Source: Candidatus Izemoplasmatales bacterium (GTDB lineage: Bacteria; Bacillota_I; Bacilli_A; Izemoplasmatales; Hujiaoplasmataceae). Taken from it: a stretch of DNA of 64,000 nucleotides. Below are positions 48,812 through 58,391 of the stretch, piece by piece (the stretch's first letter is position 1; every line of letters starts with the position of its first letter). Position numbers and translations under genes: made by a program. The notes under the pieces were generated by a model, which was given only the letters and a program-made list of their open reading frames with translations, was not told the origin of the DNA and did no database searches. The DNA is taken from NCBI GenBank assembly GCA_050949045.1, contig JBMNEZ010000001.1, forward strand, positions 224,001-288,000. Reading direction: 5' to 3'.

Positions 48812-49816
48812 TTAATATTCTGGAATTTCAATTTTAAATGATTGGTGAATGTGAAGCGAACTTTTGATCATTTCTTTTGTGATGGTCTTTTTCCCATTGA
48901 TATGTTCAAGCAATTTTTTTGTTGCCAATTTACCAAACTGAAAATAATCTTGCGAAGCATAACTTAAACGAGGTTTCAATTCTTTTATTGCATCATAACC
49001 AAGAGAAAAAACAACCACGTCTTTGCCAATCTCTTTATTCAATTCTTGGCATGATTTATACACTCCAGATGCAACCGAAGGGGAGGCTGTAATGAATCCT
49101 TTTGCCCCTTCGTTGAGAGCTTCAAGCGAAAAAACATAGGCATCATCATATGTCGATTCTTTACTATGATAAATTTTGTATTGATAATCAGGGTATTCTC
49201 TAAAAGCTTCAATAAACCCTTCATTTCTTTCTTTTGATATGATCAGGTCTTCGCTGGAGTTAATCAGGCACAAATTATCAAAGCCCTGTTTAATCATAGC
49301 AAGCGCAATTGATTTGGTTAATCCAACATTATCAGTGTCAACGTAATTTATGTCAGCTTGAAAACCAGGATGTCCAATTAGAATAAAAGGAATATATTTT
49401 TTACTGATTTCCATGATTCGGCTATCATTAATTGTGGGAGATAGAATTATTGCGCCATCTATTGGCGATTTTCCCTCTTTCAATTTTACAGTAGTATCAT
49501 TAGAATTTAATCCACTATAGATTATCAAATTATAGTTGTAATTTGATGCAGTAGTTAAAACAGACTCAATTAAAGGCGAATAAAACCTTTTATACTTTTC
49601 TGTTGCGGATTGTTCCAAAAATAACCCAATGATATTTGTTTTCGCTTTAGCTGACAAAACACTTGCATAAAAATTAGGCTGGTAGTCTAATTCTTTACAT
49701 ATTTCTATGACCTTATTAGTGATTTCGGGACTCACATACTTTTTCCCCGTTAACACATTGCTCACTGTTGATTTTGCAACATGTGCCCTAGATGCAATAT
49801 CGACAATAGTAACCAC
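48812..49816 (-). CDS. LacI family transcriptional regulator
   Basis: TIVDIASRAHVAKSTVSNVL..LDYQPN HTH; DGAII, VDTDN, LSYASQD. Confidence 0.93.
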   Translation of the reverse strand: MVTIVDIASRAHVAKSTVSNVLTGKKYVSPEITNKVIEICKELDYQPNFYASVLSAKAKTNIIGLFLEQSATEKYKRFYSPLIESVLTTASNYNYNLIIYSGLNSNDTTVKLKEGKSPIDGAIILSPTINDSRIMEISKKYIPFILIGHPGFQADINYVDTDNVGLTKSIALAMIKQGFDNLCLINSSEDLIISKERNEGFIEAFREYPDYQYKIYHSKESTYDDAYVFSLEALNEGAKGFITASPSVASGVYKSCQELNKEIGKDVVVFSLGYDAIKELKPRLSYASQDYFQFGKLATKKLLEHINGKKTITKEMIKSSLHIHQSFKIEIPEY

Positions 49817-49818
49817 GT

Positions 49819-51300
49819 TTACCCCCTATTATGTTCTACATTTTCTTTTATCAAACGCAAAAAATCATCAACTTTAATAATTTGAACATGATTTTCAAGT
49901 AAAGATACTAGTTTATCTAAGTCTTCAATTGTTGTAGACCAAGGATGAACATTTAAGACAGTGTAGCCTTCTTTTGATTTTTTGTCAACTTTAAAGGCGT
50001 TTATCTTATTCGCAATACTTTGAATCCATTCCTCTGTCACACTACTTTTCATTCCATCGGGCGACCAAAAGCTAACCCTGACACTAGCAAACGGTTTTCC
50101 GTTGCTGGCAAAATATATATTTCCCTTGCCACCTTCATATTTTGAAGGGTCCAGTTCATATATTCCACCTATCAAATTATCATTCTTTGCATATTTGTTG
50201 ATTACTTTATGTATTTTATCTTCATTTTCCAGATTATCCAATAGTGTAACAACATTCAAATCACATTTGCTCATTAACTCACTAGTTTTTTTACAAAAAT
50301 CGTCCAACAAAGATTCTGGAAAAGCACATGGATTCATATATCCCGCACCGCTAGCACCTGAAATAAAATAATTGTTTTCCCCCATTTTGTAAAGACGCTC
50401 AATTACTGTTGGACATATGTTAACCATTGATGGAGCAATTGTCCAACCAATAGGATATTTTTCATCAGTAGCAATTCGTTGACCAAAAGATGAAGTTGTA
50501 GAAAAATCTCTTTCTAACCATTGCACATTATCGCCATCACTCACCACAATTGTGAGATAGTGCTTATTGTCGATTATATTATATTTGATTTCTTTTTGTT
50601 TCAACTTGACACTTGGAAACTTATCTAAAGCGGAATGATTACAACTCCAATCAGAGGGAATGATATAATTACCATGCTTTGAGATGTCGTTTACAAAATC
50701 AATTTCGTCTGTTGTCCACCCGTAAATGGGAATATTTCTATTTGCCCAATTTAAGACTTTTTCTCTAAATTGTTTGGCTTTTACCCCTTTGTCGGTATAG
50801 AAACAAAACCAACGATTAGCAATACCATAATCTCTAAGAGAAATGTGATAATTATCCTTTTCAGTAACTTGATGAATAAGCCCATCTTTACGCAACAAAG
50901 CTTGATACTTGTCAAATATTTTCTCTTGTTTATCTATATAATCACCTTTCAAACATCTCAAATCAACAAAATTATTTAATCCTAGCTTATCAACTAAATA
51001 ACCTAATGAAGTTGGCAAACTAAGATAATCTAAAGCTGAAGCGATGGTAGCTGAGAGATTAATCGAAATATCTCCTATGGTGAAATCAAACAAAGTATAA
51101 CCATGATAGTAATCTCGATATTTGGTTAATGCTTCTTCCAAAGTGACATACTCAAATTCAATTTCATTAAGATAATCGAGATAATTATCAATATCTAAAT
51201 ATAAGATCGGTTTGTTTCGATTTACAATTCCTTGAAGCGATATAAACAATACTTTTTCTTCAGGTGTTAAACTATCGTTTTTCACTACTTTTAACGTCAT
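49819..51300 (-). CDS. GxGYxYP family putative glycoside hydrolase, cytoplasmic
   Basis: SLQGIVNR, IYGW, SDGDNVQW, IGWTI, GASGAGYMNP, NVHPWS; no signal peptide. Confidence 0.82.
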   Translation of the reverse strand: MTLKVVKNDSLTPEEKVLFISLQGIVNRNKPILYLDIDNYLDYLNEIEFEYVTLEEALTKYRDYYHGYTLFDFTIGDISINLSATIASALDYLSLPTSLGYLVDKLGLNNFVDLRCLKGDYIDKQEKIFDKYQALLRKDGLIHQVTEKDNYHISLRDYGIANRWFCFYTDKGVKAKQFREKVLNWANRNIPIYGWTTDEIDFVNDISKHGNYIIPSDWSCNHSALDKFPSVKLKQKEIKYNIIDNKHYLTIVVSDGDNVQWLERDFSTTSSFGQRIATDEKYPIGWTIAPSMVNICPTVIERLYKMGENNYFISGASGAGYMNPCAFPESLLDDFCKKTSELMSKCDLNVVTLLDNLENEDKIHKVINKYAKNDNLIGGIYELDPSKYEGGKGNIYFASNGKPFASVRVSFWSPDGMKSSVTEEWIQSIANKINAFKVDKKSKEGYTVLNVHPWSTTIEDLDKLVSLLENHVQIIKVDDFLRLIKENVEHNRG

Positions 51301-51324
51301 ATTTTTCTCCTTTCTTTAATTTTC

Positions 51325-51459
51325 ATTATAACATTAAAATTTTTTTTAGTAAAGAAAACCGTTTTTCTTTACAAACATTTTTTTATGTTGTATAATGAGA
51401 CATGAAAGTTTCTATTACAACTTTATAATTTTTTAGTTAAAGAAAACCGGTTTTCTTTA
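51325..51459. promoter_or_regulatory. Divergent promoters with two LacI-type operators
   Basis: GTAAAGAAAACCGTTTTTCTTTAC 51349-51372; perfect TAAAGAAAACCGGTTTTCTTTA 51438-51459; + strand TTTACA-17-TATAAT; - strand TTTACT-17-TATAAT. Confidence 0.85.
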
Positions 51460-51519
51460 CAAACGTTTTTTATGCTACATAAATTGAATTATTACATTTA
51501 ACTTTTACAAGGAGAAATC

Positions 51520-54366
51520 ATGGGAAAGAAGACTGTTAATTTAATCAATGGTACCCACTGGGACAGAGAATGGAGACACACTGCTGAACAAAGCAAACTT
51601 CGTCTAGTTGATTTGATGGATAGTGTCATAGACGTCCTTGAAACAAAGGAATCTTATCAATACTACTGTATTGATGGAGGAACAATTGTACTCGAAGACT
51701 ATTTGTCGATAAAGCCAGAAATGAAGACAAGAATCAAAAAACTAATTAAAGCAGGGAAATTGATAATTGTTAATTGGTACACATTACCTGAGACGAATAC
51801 GGTCGCACCTGAGTCATTAATTAGAAACTTACTCTGGGGACATCAAATGGCCAAAGAATTTGGGGGAGGCATGAATTCGGGATATACTGCAACTTCATAT
51901 GGCCAACCAAGCCAATTACCCCAATTATATCGAGGTTTCAAAATAAATAATGCTATTTTTTATCGCGGCACAAATAAGCATATTTTAACGCCCCTCTTTA
52001 GATGGAGAGCTCCTGACGGTTCAGAAATTCTAACCTTGAGGACATTTGATGAAGTGACCAGAACTAATTGGTTCTTCTATGTTCATGGACCGGCAGTCCT
52101 AGGTAAAGGTATAAAAGATTTGACTTACACTTATGATAAAAACCAAATTCCTGTTCATATGGCTGATCTAAAATCTTATGAGAAAGCCTTTACACTTCTT
52201 CATGAAGACTTTGATTTTATTCATAATCCGATAGTTCATAAAAAAGCACTTGATGATTTGCTTGCCCAAGCAGAACCTTATAAAATTGGAAATGAAATAT
52301 TGGCTTTAAATTTAGAAGATAACGATGAACCTTATCTATATTTACCTGAGTTAATTGAAGAAATGAATAAAGTGTATGATGATGTTGTTATCAAGCAAGT
52401 TACAATGGATGAATATATGGATAAGATCACTAAACTTGCAGAAAGTGGAGAATACATTTGTGCCACTCATAAAGGCGAATTACGTAATACAACCATGGAG
52501 TATAATAATTTCAATGCGCTACTCGGGGCTACCCATTCTTCCAGAATTAAAATAAAAATTTTAAATGATGATTGTGAAAATAATTTAATATATCTAGCTG
52601 AGCCTCTTGCATCGTTCGCTAAAACATTAGGCATTAACTACCCTACAACCAATATCGATAGAGCATGGGAATACTTGTTGAAATGTCATGCCCATGATTC
52701 TATTTGTGGGGCTGCTGTTGATAGAGCACATGAAGATATGATGTATAATTTTTCACTAGCGAAAACTGTTGCGGAAGAAGTAACTAATAGATCAGTGATA
52801 GCCCTTTACAAATATATAAATACTAAAGAAAATTTTAAAGAAGAAGATCATACTATTACAATTTTCAATACCCTTCCTTTTGAAAAAGATGAGGTAGTAG
52901 AATTAGTCATCGATACCCCTGAAGGCGTTACTGAAGTAACGGATAATGGTATTGGAGGTTGTTCAGATTTAGGGTTATTCTATGATATCGTGGATAATAA
53001 TGGTTGCGTAATACCTTCTGTTGAACTTTCAAAAGATAAAGCATCTATTGCTGTTGAAAGAAAAATGGATACAAAAGCAATAAAATTCAACGTTGAGCGT
53101 CGCCATATATTAGTCAAAGTAAAAATACCTTCCTTAGGCTATGCTACTTTTGCGTTGCGTCCTAGAGGTCCAATTTATGCTTATGATCCAGAAATTATAG
53201 ATAACAGAAAACTAATTGCAAGATCTAATGGAATATTAGAAAATGCATATTTAAAAATTGTCATTCATTCAAATGGCACGTTTGATATGATTGATAAATG
53301 CACTAAGCATGAAATGAAAAATCTTCATTATTTTTCTGATTCAGGCGAAGTTGGCTCTGCCCATGTAAGTTTACCGACAAAAACAAATTGTATTTATACA
53401 TCTCTCGGCGCGAATGCTCAAATAGATATGCTGGAATCTAATGAATTACGAGGGATTTATCGAATTAGATTATCTTTAATGTTGCCAGAAGATGCTTCCA
53501 TCGATGGACATGACCGATCTCGCGCATTAAAAGAATTAAAAATTGAGTCTACATTATCCCTAGAAAAAGATAGTCATATACTAAAAATTAATACAAAACT
53601 AGATAATCAGATTCGCGATCATAAATTATGTGTCAATTTTCCTACCTATGTTAAAGATGCAAATTTTGCCGATAGTGAATCAGCATGGGATATCGCAAGC
53701 AGAACAATTAAATGGCGCAATCATTTAGATAACTTTGAAGGGTTCTTTCCTTTCCAACCTATGCAAAACTTCGTTGATATTTCAGATGGCAATGTAGGCT
53801 TCGCCTTCTTTTCAAAAGGCTTAAGAGAATATGAAGTTGAAGATGATCAAACAAGGATTTTGAAAATAACTTTAATTCGCACTCAAAGAGCATATATGAC
53901 CGCAAATTCTCGTATGACGAAAGAAGAACTAGACAAATATACTGGTCAACATTCTTTTGGTAAAATTGAGTATGAATATGCAATATATCCACATAAAGGT
54001 AACTGGTTTGAAGGCAATGTCCTTCAAAAAGCCTATGCATTTAAAGTTCCACTGAAAGCCGTTCAAGGTGTTCCTTATGAAGGTGACCTACCAGACCATG
54101 CATCTTTTATCGCGTTTGAACAACAAAACAAGAGTATTATGATTTCCGCAATCAAACAATCAGTTGATGGAAATGGTATCATCTTTAGAATATGGAATGT
54201 AACTCAAGATTCTCAAAATGTTAGTTTAAAGACGATACTTCCACTAAAGAAAGCAACACATGTTGATTTGGATGAACAATTTTTGGAAAATCTTGTACTG
54301 AAGGATGGTCTAGTTCAATTCATTTTACAACCAAAGAAGATTTATTCAATCAAATTTGAATTGTAG
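51520..54366 (+). CDS. GH38 alpha-mannosidase (MngB-like)
   Basis: THWDREW, ESLIRNLLWG, GQPSQLPQ, FRWRAPDGS, HAHDSICG, ITLIR. Confidence 0.9.
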   Translation: MGKKTVNLINGTHWDREWRHTAEQSKLRLVDLMDSVIDVLETKESYQYYCIDGGTIVLEDYLSIKPEMKTRIKKLIKAGKLIIVNWYTLPETNTVAPESLIRNLLWGHQMAKEFGGGMNSGYTATSYGQPSQLPQLYRGFKINNAIFYRGTNKHILTPLFRWRAPDGSEILTLRTFDEVTRTNWFFYVHGPAVLGKGIKDLTYTYDKNQIPVHMADLKSYEKAFTLLHEDFDFIHNPIVHKKALDDLLAQAEPYKIGNEILALNLEDNDEPYLYLPELIEEMNKVYDDVVIKQVTMDEYMDKITKLAESGEYICATHKGELRNTTMEYNNFNALLGATHSSRIKIKILNDDCENNLIYLAEPLASFAKTLGINYPTTNIDRAWEYLLKCHAHDSICGAAVDRAHEDMMYNFSLAKTVAEEVTNRSVIALYKYINTKENFKEEDHTITIFNTLPFEKDEVVELVIDTPEGVTEVTDNGIGGCSDLGLFYDIVDNNGCVIPSVELSKDKASIAVERKMDTKAIKFNVERRHILVKVKIPSLGYATFALRPRGPIYAYDPEIIDNRKLIARSNGILENAYLKIVIHSNGTFDMIDKCTKHEMKNLHYFSDSGEVGSAHVSLPTKTNCIYTSLGANAQIDMLESNELRGIYRIRLSLMLPEDASIDGHDRSRALKELKIESTLSLEKDSHILKINTKLDNQIRDHKLCVNFPTYVKDANFADSESAWDIASRTIKWRNHLDNFEGFFPFQPMQNFVDISDGNVGFAFFSKGLREYEVEDDQTRILKITLIRTQRAYMTANSRMTKEELDKYTGQHSFGKIEYEYAIYPHKGNWFEGNVLQKAYAFKVPLKAVQGVPYEGDLPDHASFIAFEQQNKSIMISAIKQSVDGNGIIFRIWNVTQDSQNVSLKTILPLKKATHVDLDEQFLENLVLKDGLVQFILQPKKIYSIKFEL

Positions 54367-54377
54367 GCACTATTATC

Positions 54378-55373
54378 ATGAAGAGATTCAATGTTTTTAA
54401 CTTGGGAATTCTAAAAGAAGAAGATGGGTTTAAAGAACTTGAGTCATGTAGTGATGGATTTCATAAAAAGAATCATGATGGTGTAAAATTCATAATCACT
54501 ACAGGGGATAAAAAGGTTGAATTTATCTGTTATGAAAACTATACAATAGCTTATGTCAAGTCATCTATTGGTTATCCGGCATACTATCCTGTTCATAATA
54601 CAAAATTGAAAAGACCTGTAAAAGCGGTTTTAATGGATCTGGATGGAACTTCTGTAAAATCGGAATCTTTTTGGATTTGGATTATTCAACTTACAGTTTG
54701 TTCTTTATTAGGTCGTGATGATTTCACCTTCGAAGAAGCAGATCAACCATATGTATCTGGCCATTCTGTATCTGAACATTTACAATATTGTATTAATAAG
54801 TATTGCCCTGATAAATCTTTAGAAGAAGCAAGAAAATACTATTTTATGCATACAAAATATGAAATGAATGAAATTATGGAAGGAAGAGGAAAAGCGGACG
54901 CTTTTACTCCTTCAAACAGAGTCAAAGAATTTCTTCTTGCGTTAAAAAAAAGAAGCATTAAAATCGGGTTAGTTACTTCGGGCTTATATGAAAAAGCTTG
55001 GCCTGAAATTGTATCTGCTTTCAAAACGTTGGATATGGGCGATCCCAAAGAGTTTTATGATGCATCTATTTCTGCTGGCTTTCCCCTTGGAAAAGGCAAG
55101 GTAGGAACACTTGGCGAACTAAGCCCTAAACCTCACCCATGGTTATATGCGGAAACTTGTACTATTGGACTTAACATTCCTTTTAGACAAAGACATCATG
55201 TAGTTGGTATTGAAGACTCTGGAGCAGGCGTTTGCTCTATAAAACTCGCTGGTTATACAACTATAGGAATTACTGGCGGCAATATAGAAGCCAGTGGCAC
55301 CAAAGGTTTATGTGATTTTTATGCCAATGATTTTGATGAAATTTTGAAATTTATCACAAATGAAGAGGATTAA
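54378..55373 (+). CDS. HAD superfamily hydrolase (beta-PGM/phosphatase-like) with N-terminal extension
   Basis: LMDLDGT, LVTSG, PKPHP, GIEDSGAG. Confidence 0.85.
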   Translation: MKRFNVFNLGILKEEDGFKELESCSDGFHKKNHDGVKFIITTGDKKVEFICYENYTIAYVKSSIGYPAYYPVHNTKLKRPVKAVLMDLDGTSVKSESFWIWIIQLTVCSLLGRDDFTFEEADQPYVSGHSVSEHLQYCINKYCPDKSLEEARKYYFMHTKYEMNEIMEGRGKADAFTPSNRVKEFLLALKKRSIKIGLVTSGLYEKAWPEIVSAFKTLDMGDPKEFYDASISAGFPLGKGKVGTLGELSPKPHPWLYAETCTIGLNIPFRQRHHVVGIEDSGAGVCSIKLAGYTTIGITGGNIEASGTKGLCDFYANDFDEILKFITNEED

Positions 55374-55379
55374 TAGTTT

Positions 55380-56621
55380 ATGAAAAAAAGATTTCTTCTA
55401 GTTTTTGTAGTTTTTCTTTCCATTATTCCATTTATTATTGGATGTAATGAGACAACTGATAATAATACGATTACTGTTTGGTGGCCTTCTGGGAAAAACT
55501 TACAGAATATTATGGAAAATAGTATAGTAAAATATAAAGAATCAAATCCAAATATTGAGATTAAAATTATAAAAAAAGCTGGTTTAGATGTTTATGATGC
55601 TTATAAGATAGCCTTAAATGATAATAACAGCCGTCCTGATATTGCAATATTGGATCATGTATATGTACAAGCATTGGCAAAAGAAAATCAACTTGCCAAT
55701 TTATCAGATTTGGGAAGCGACAATGATGTTAGGGGCTTGGTACCTGAAACTGTTTATGCCGCAAACATATATAATGGTGCAAATTATGGGTTGCCAATTT
55801 CCGCTAATACAGTTGTGCTTATGTACAACAAAGATATCTTAGAAAAAAGCGGGGTAACTTATGTTCCAAAAACCTATGATGAATTAATAGATGCCTGTGA
55901 ACAAGTTCAAAACGCTGGCTACACAGCATTTGCTCAACCAATTAACCAGACATTTGTAGCGATGGAATTTGCAAGTTATGTAGGGCGTCTTGGGGGTAAG
56001 ATGGTTAGTGACGATTATCGGACAGTGCTTTTAGAATCTCAAGAAGTTAAAGAAGCAATCAATAAATGGGTTGGTCTTTCAAAATTTGCATCTCAGGCAG
56101 AATATGAAGAAGGGAAATTCTATAGTGGCAAAATTGCTTTCATAGAAATGGGTTCATGGAATGTTTCTAAAGTAAGCGGGGCGTCTTCATTATTTAATTG
56201 TGGATTTACTGAAATGGTAAAATTAGATGATAACCATGATAATTATTCAGGTTTAGGACTTTACTCCTTTGTAGTTGCTGAGAAATCATCTAAAAAAGAA
56301 GAAGCGTATAATTTTGCTAAATATTTAACTACAAATAAAGAATTTCAATTAGCATTTGCTAAAGAAAAAAATTTACTACCAGTAACTATAGAAGCTTTGA
56401 ACGATCCTTATTATACTGAAAATGAAGTCTTAAGTGTTTTTGCCAAACAATTGTTAAAAGTAACTTCAAGACCGGGAACGGCGATTTGGCCTACTATGGA
56501 AAAAGCAATTGTAGATATGCTGTATCTATGTGTTAAAGCAACATCGAGCGATGATATTGACAGGGCTATTCGAAATGCTCAAGAGCAATGTCAAGAAAGT
56601 ACCGATAGGGAGTATAAATAA
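55380..56621 (+). CDS. Sugar ABC transporter substrate-binding lipoprotein
   Basis: Lipobox IIGC, ITVWW, PDI, YGLP..LMYNKDIL, PKTYDEL, GSW. Confidence 0.92.
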   Translation: MKKRFLLVFVVFLSIIPFIIGCNETTDNNTITVWWPSGKNLQNIMENSIVKYKESNPNIEIKIIKKAGLDVYDAYKIALNDNNSRPDIAILDHVYVQALAKENQLANLSDLGSDNDVRGLVPETVYAANIYNGANYGLPISANTVVLMYNKDILEKSGVTYVPKTYDELIDACEQVQNAGYTAFAQPINQTFVAMEFASYVGRLGGKMVSDDYRTVLLESQEVKEAINKWVGLSKFASQAEYEEGKFYSGKIAFIEMGSWNVSKVSGASSLFNCGFTEMVKLDDNHDNYSGLGLYSFVVAEKSSKKEEAYNFAKYLTTNKEFQLAFAKEKNLLPVTIEALNDPYYTENEVLSVFAKQLLKVTSRPGTAIWPTMEKAIVDMLYLCVKATSSDDIDRAIRNAQEQCQESTDREYK

Positions 56622-57514
56622 TGGAGGGAATCAAGCAAAAAAAGAAATTTTTTCGTCATGACGAAAAAGTTGCTTATACAATGCTTGCTATTCCTCTGTT
56701 GTGGTGGTGTATCTTTTTCTTATATGCTTTTTTAAGAGCCGTTTATTTTTCTTTTACAGATTTGTCGGTTGACATATCACAAATTTCTCAATTTAATCTA
56801 AACAATTACATACGCCTAGTAAAAGATGCAACCTTTTGGAAAGCCATGGGCAACACCTTGCTTTGGACAGCCGTCATGACGATTTTCAATAATATATTCG
56901 GCTTATTTGTTGCTTTTCTGATTACTAGGCTCAAAAAAGGTCAAAAAATATTTTTAACTCTATTATTTTGGCCAACACTTGCTAGCGCAGTGACAAGCGC
57001 AGATATTACTAAACTAATCTTTTCGCCTAGCGATAGTGGAATTATGAATTCAATAATCCAATTCTTTGGAGGTAATAGTTTAGCTTGGTATAATGATGAA
57101 AAATTGTCTTTATTTTCATTAATGCTGATACCTGCTTTATTTGGTTTTTCTACTCAAATGGTTATCTACTATGTAGCCATAAAAGGAGTTGATAAAGGCA
57201 TGGTGGAAGCGGCACAGATTGATGGTGCAACTCCGGTTCAAATATTATTGAAAATATATATTCCTTCCATAATGCCTGCCATTACCTATAATTTAATCAT
57301 ATCTATTATCGGTGGTATAAAAGTAATTGCCCCAATGCAACTGGTATCTAATGGAGGTCCACTTGATTCATCGATGTCAATAATGCTGTATATGTATCAA
57401 AACACAACAGTTGACATGGGTTACGCATGTAGTATTGGTATCATAACATTACTGATTATTATGGGAATAACAATGATTCAACTAAAACTCACAAAAAAAG
57501 AAGGAAGAATATAA
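56621..57514 (+). CDS. Carbohydrate ABC permease (MalF/UgpA-like)
   Basis: SFTD..NY..D..FW..NT, EAAQIDGA loop, MGYACS. Confidence 0.92.
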   Translation: MEGIKQKKKFFRHDEKVAYTMLAIPLLWWCIFFLYAFLRAVYFSFTDLSVDISQISQFNLNNYIRLVKDATFWKAMGNTLLWTAVMTIFNNIFGLFVAFLITRLKKGQKIFLTLLFWPTLASAVTSADITKLIFSPSDSGIMNSIIQFFGGNSLAWYNDEKLSLFSLMLIPALFGFSTQMVIYYVAIKGVDKGMVEAAQIDGATPVQILLKIYIPSIMPAITYNLIISIIGGIKVIAPMQLVSNGGPLDSSMSIMLYMYQNTTVDMGYACSIGIITLLIIMGITMIQLKLTKKEGRI

Positions 57515-58375
57515 ATGGATAGCGCTATTCTTAAGAAGAAAAAAAAGAAAGAAAAGATAGCTATTATTTTGATAGTTATATTCTTGAGTGTTTTAGCGTT
57601 AATGCAACTTTTTCCATTTTATTTAAAAATTGTTACTTCTCTTCAACCGACAAAAGGATTTAATCCAATTGATGGGAAAATATATTTATGGCCTGAAAGT
57701 TTGAATTTCCAAAATTACATTCAAGCCATAAAAGAAGGTGAACTACTAGAAGGAACACTTAATACCATTATCGTATCCGTATCATTTATCATATTAAGCT
57801 CTATAATCATCCTTCTTGTAAGTTATGCAACTGCCAAGAAGAAGTTTAGAGGGAAAAAACTAATCAATTTTGTTCTATTGTTAACGATGATGGTCCCAGG
57901 CGAAATGTTAATGGTCACTAATTATCAATTGATCTCACAATTAAATTGGACTTCGACGTTTCGTGGTTTAATCTTACCGGGCATTGTTAATGTTACAGGA
58001 ATATTTCTTGTAAAAGCATTTATGAACACTATACCAGATGCTTGCATAGAACATGCAAAAATTGATGGTGCCAACGAGTGGCAAATACTTATCCGTATCA
58101 TCTTTCCAATGTCACTGCCTGTTATGTCAACATATGCTATTTTAACTTTTGTAGCTCAATGGAATGATTATCTCTGGCCAATGTTAATAACTGGGAATGA
58201 TGACCTATTTACAATTCAACTAAAACTATTGAATTTTGCCTCTAACGGCGGATTTGAAGAAACAGTGTTAAGGTCTGCATCTTTAATATTGACAATGTTA
58301 CCGGTTATTATTATTTATAGTATTTTTCAAAGGAAATTTGTCAATGGACTAAACTTTTCTGGCATAAAAGAGTAA
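57515..58375 (+). CDS. Carbohydrate ABC permease (MalG/UgpE-like)
   Basis: MMVPGE, EHAKIDGA, WNDYLWP, FQRKFVNG. Confidence 0.92.
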   Translation: MDSAILKKKKKKEKIAIILIVIFLSVLALMQLFPFYLKIVTSLQPTKGFNPIDGKIYLWPESLNFQNYIQAIKEGELLEGTLNTIIVSVSFIILSSIIILLVSYATAKKKFRGKKLINFVLLLTMMVPGEMLMVTNYQLISQLNWTSTFRGLILPGIVNVTGIFLVKAFMNTIPDACIEHAKIDGANEWQILIRIIFPMSLPVMSTYAILTFVAQWNDYLWPMLITGNDDLFTIQLKLLNFASNGGFEETVLRSASLILTMLPVIIIYSIFQRKFVNGLNFSGIKE

Positions 58376-58391
58376 TTGACAGGAGAATCAT

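Noticed and set aside
57533..57558. A-rich tract in the permease as a phase-variation site
   Set aside because: It encodes an in-frame Lys run before the first TM helix and is interrupted by G; the frame is intact.
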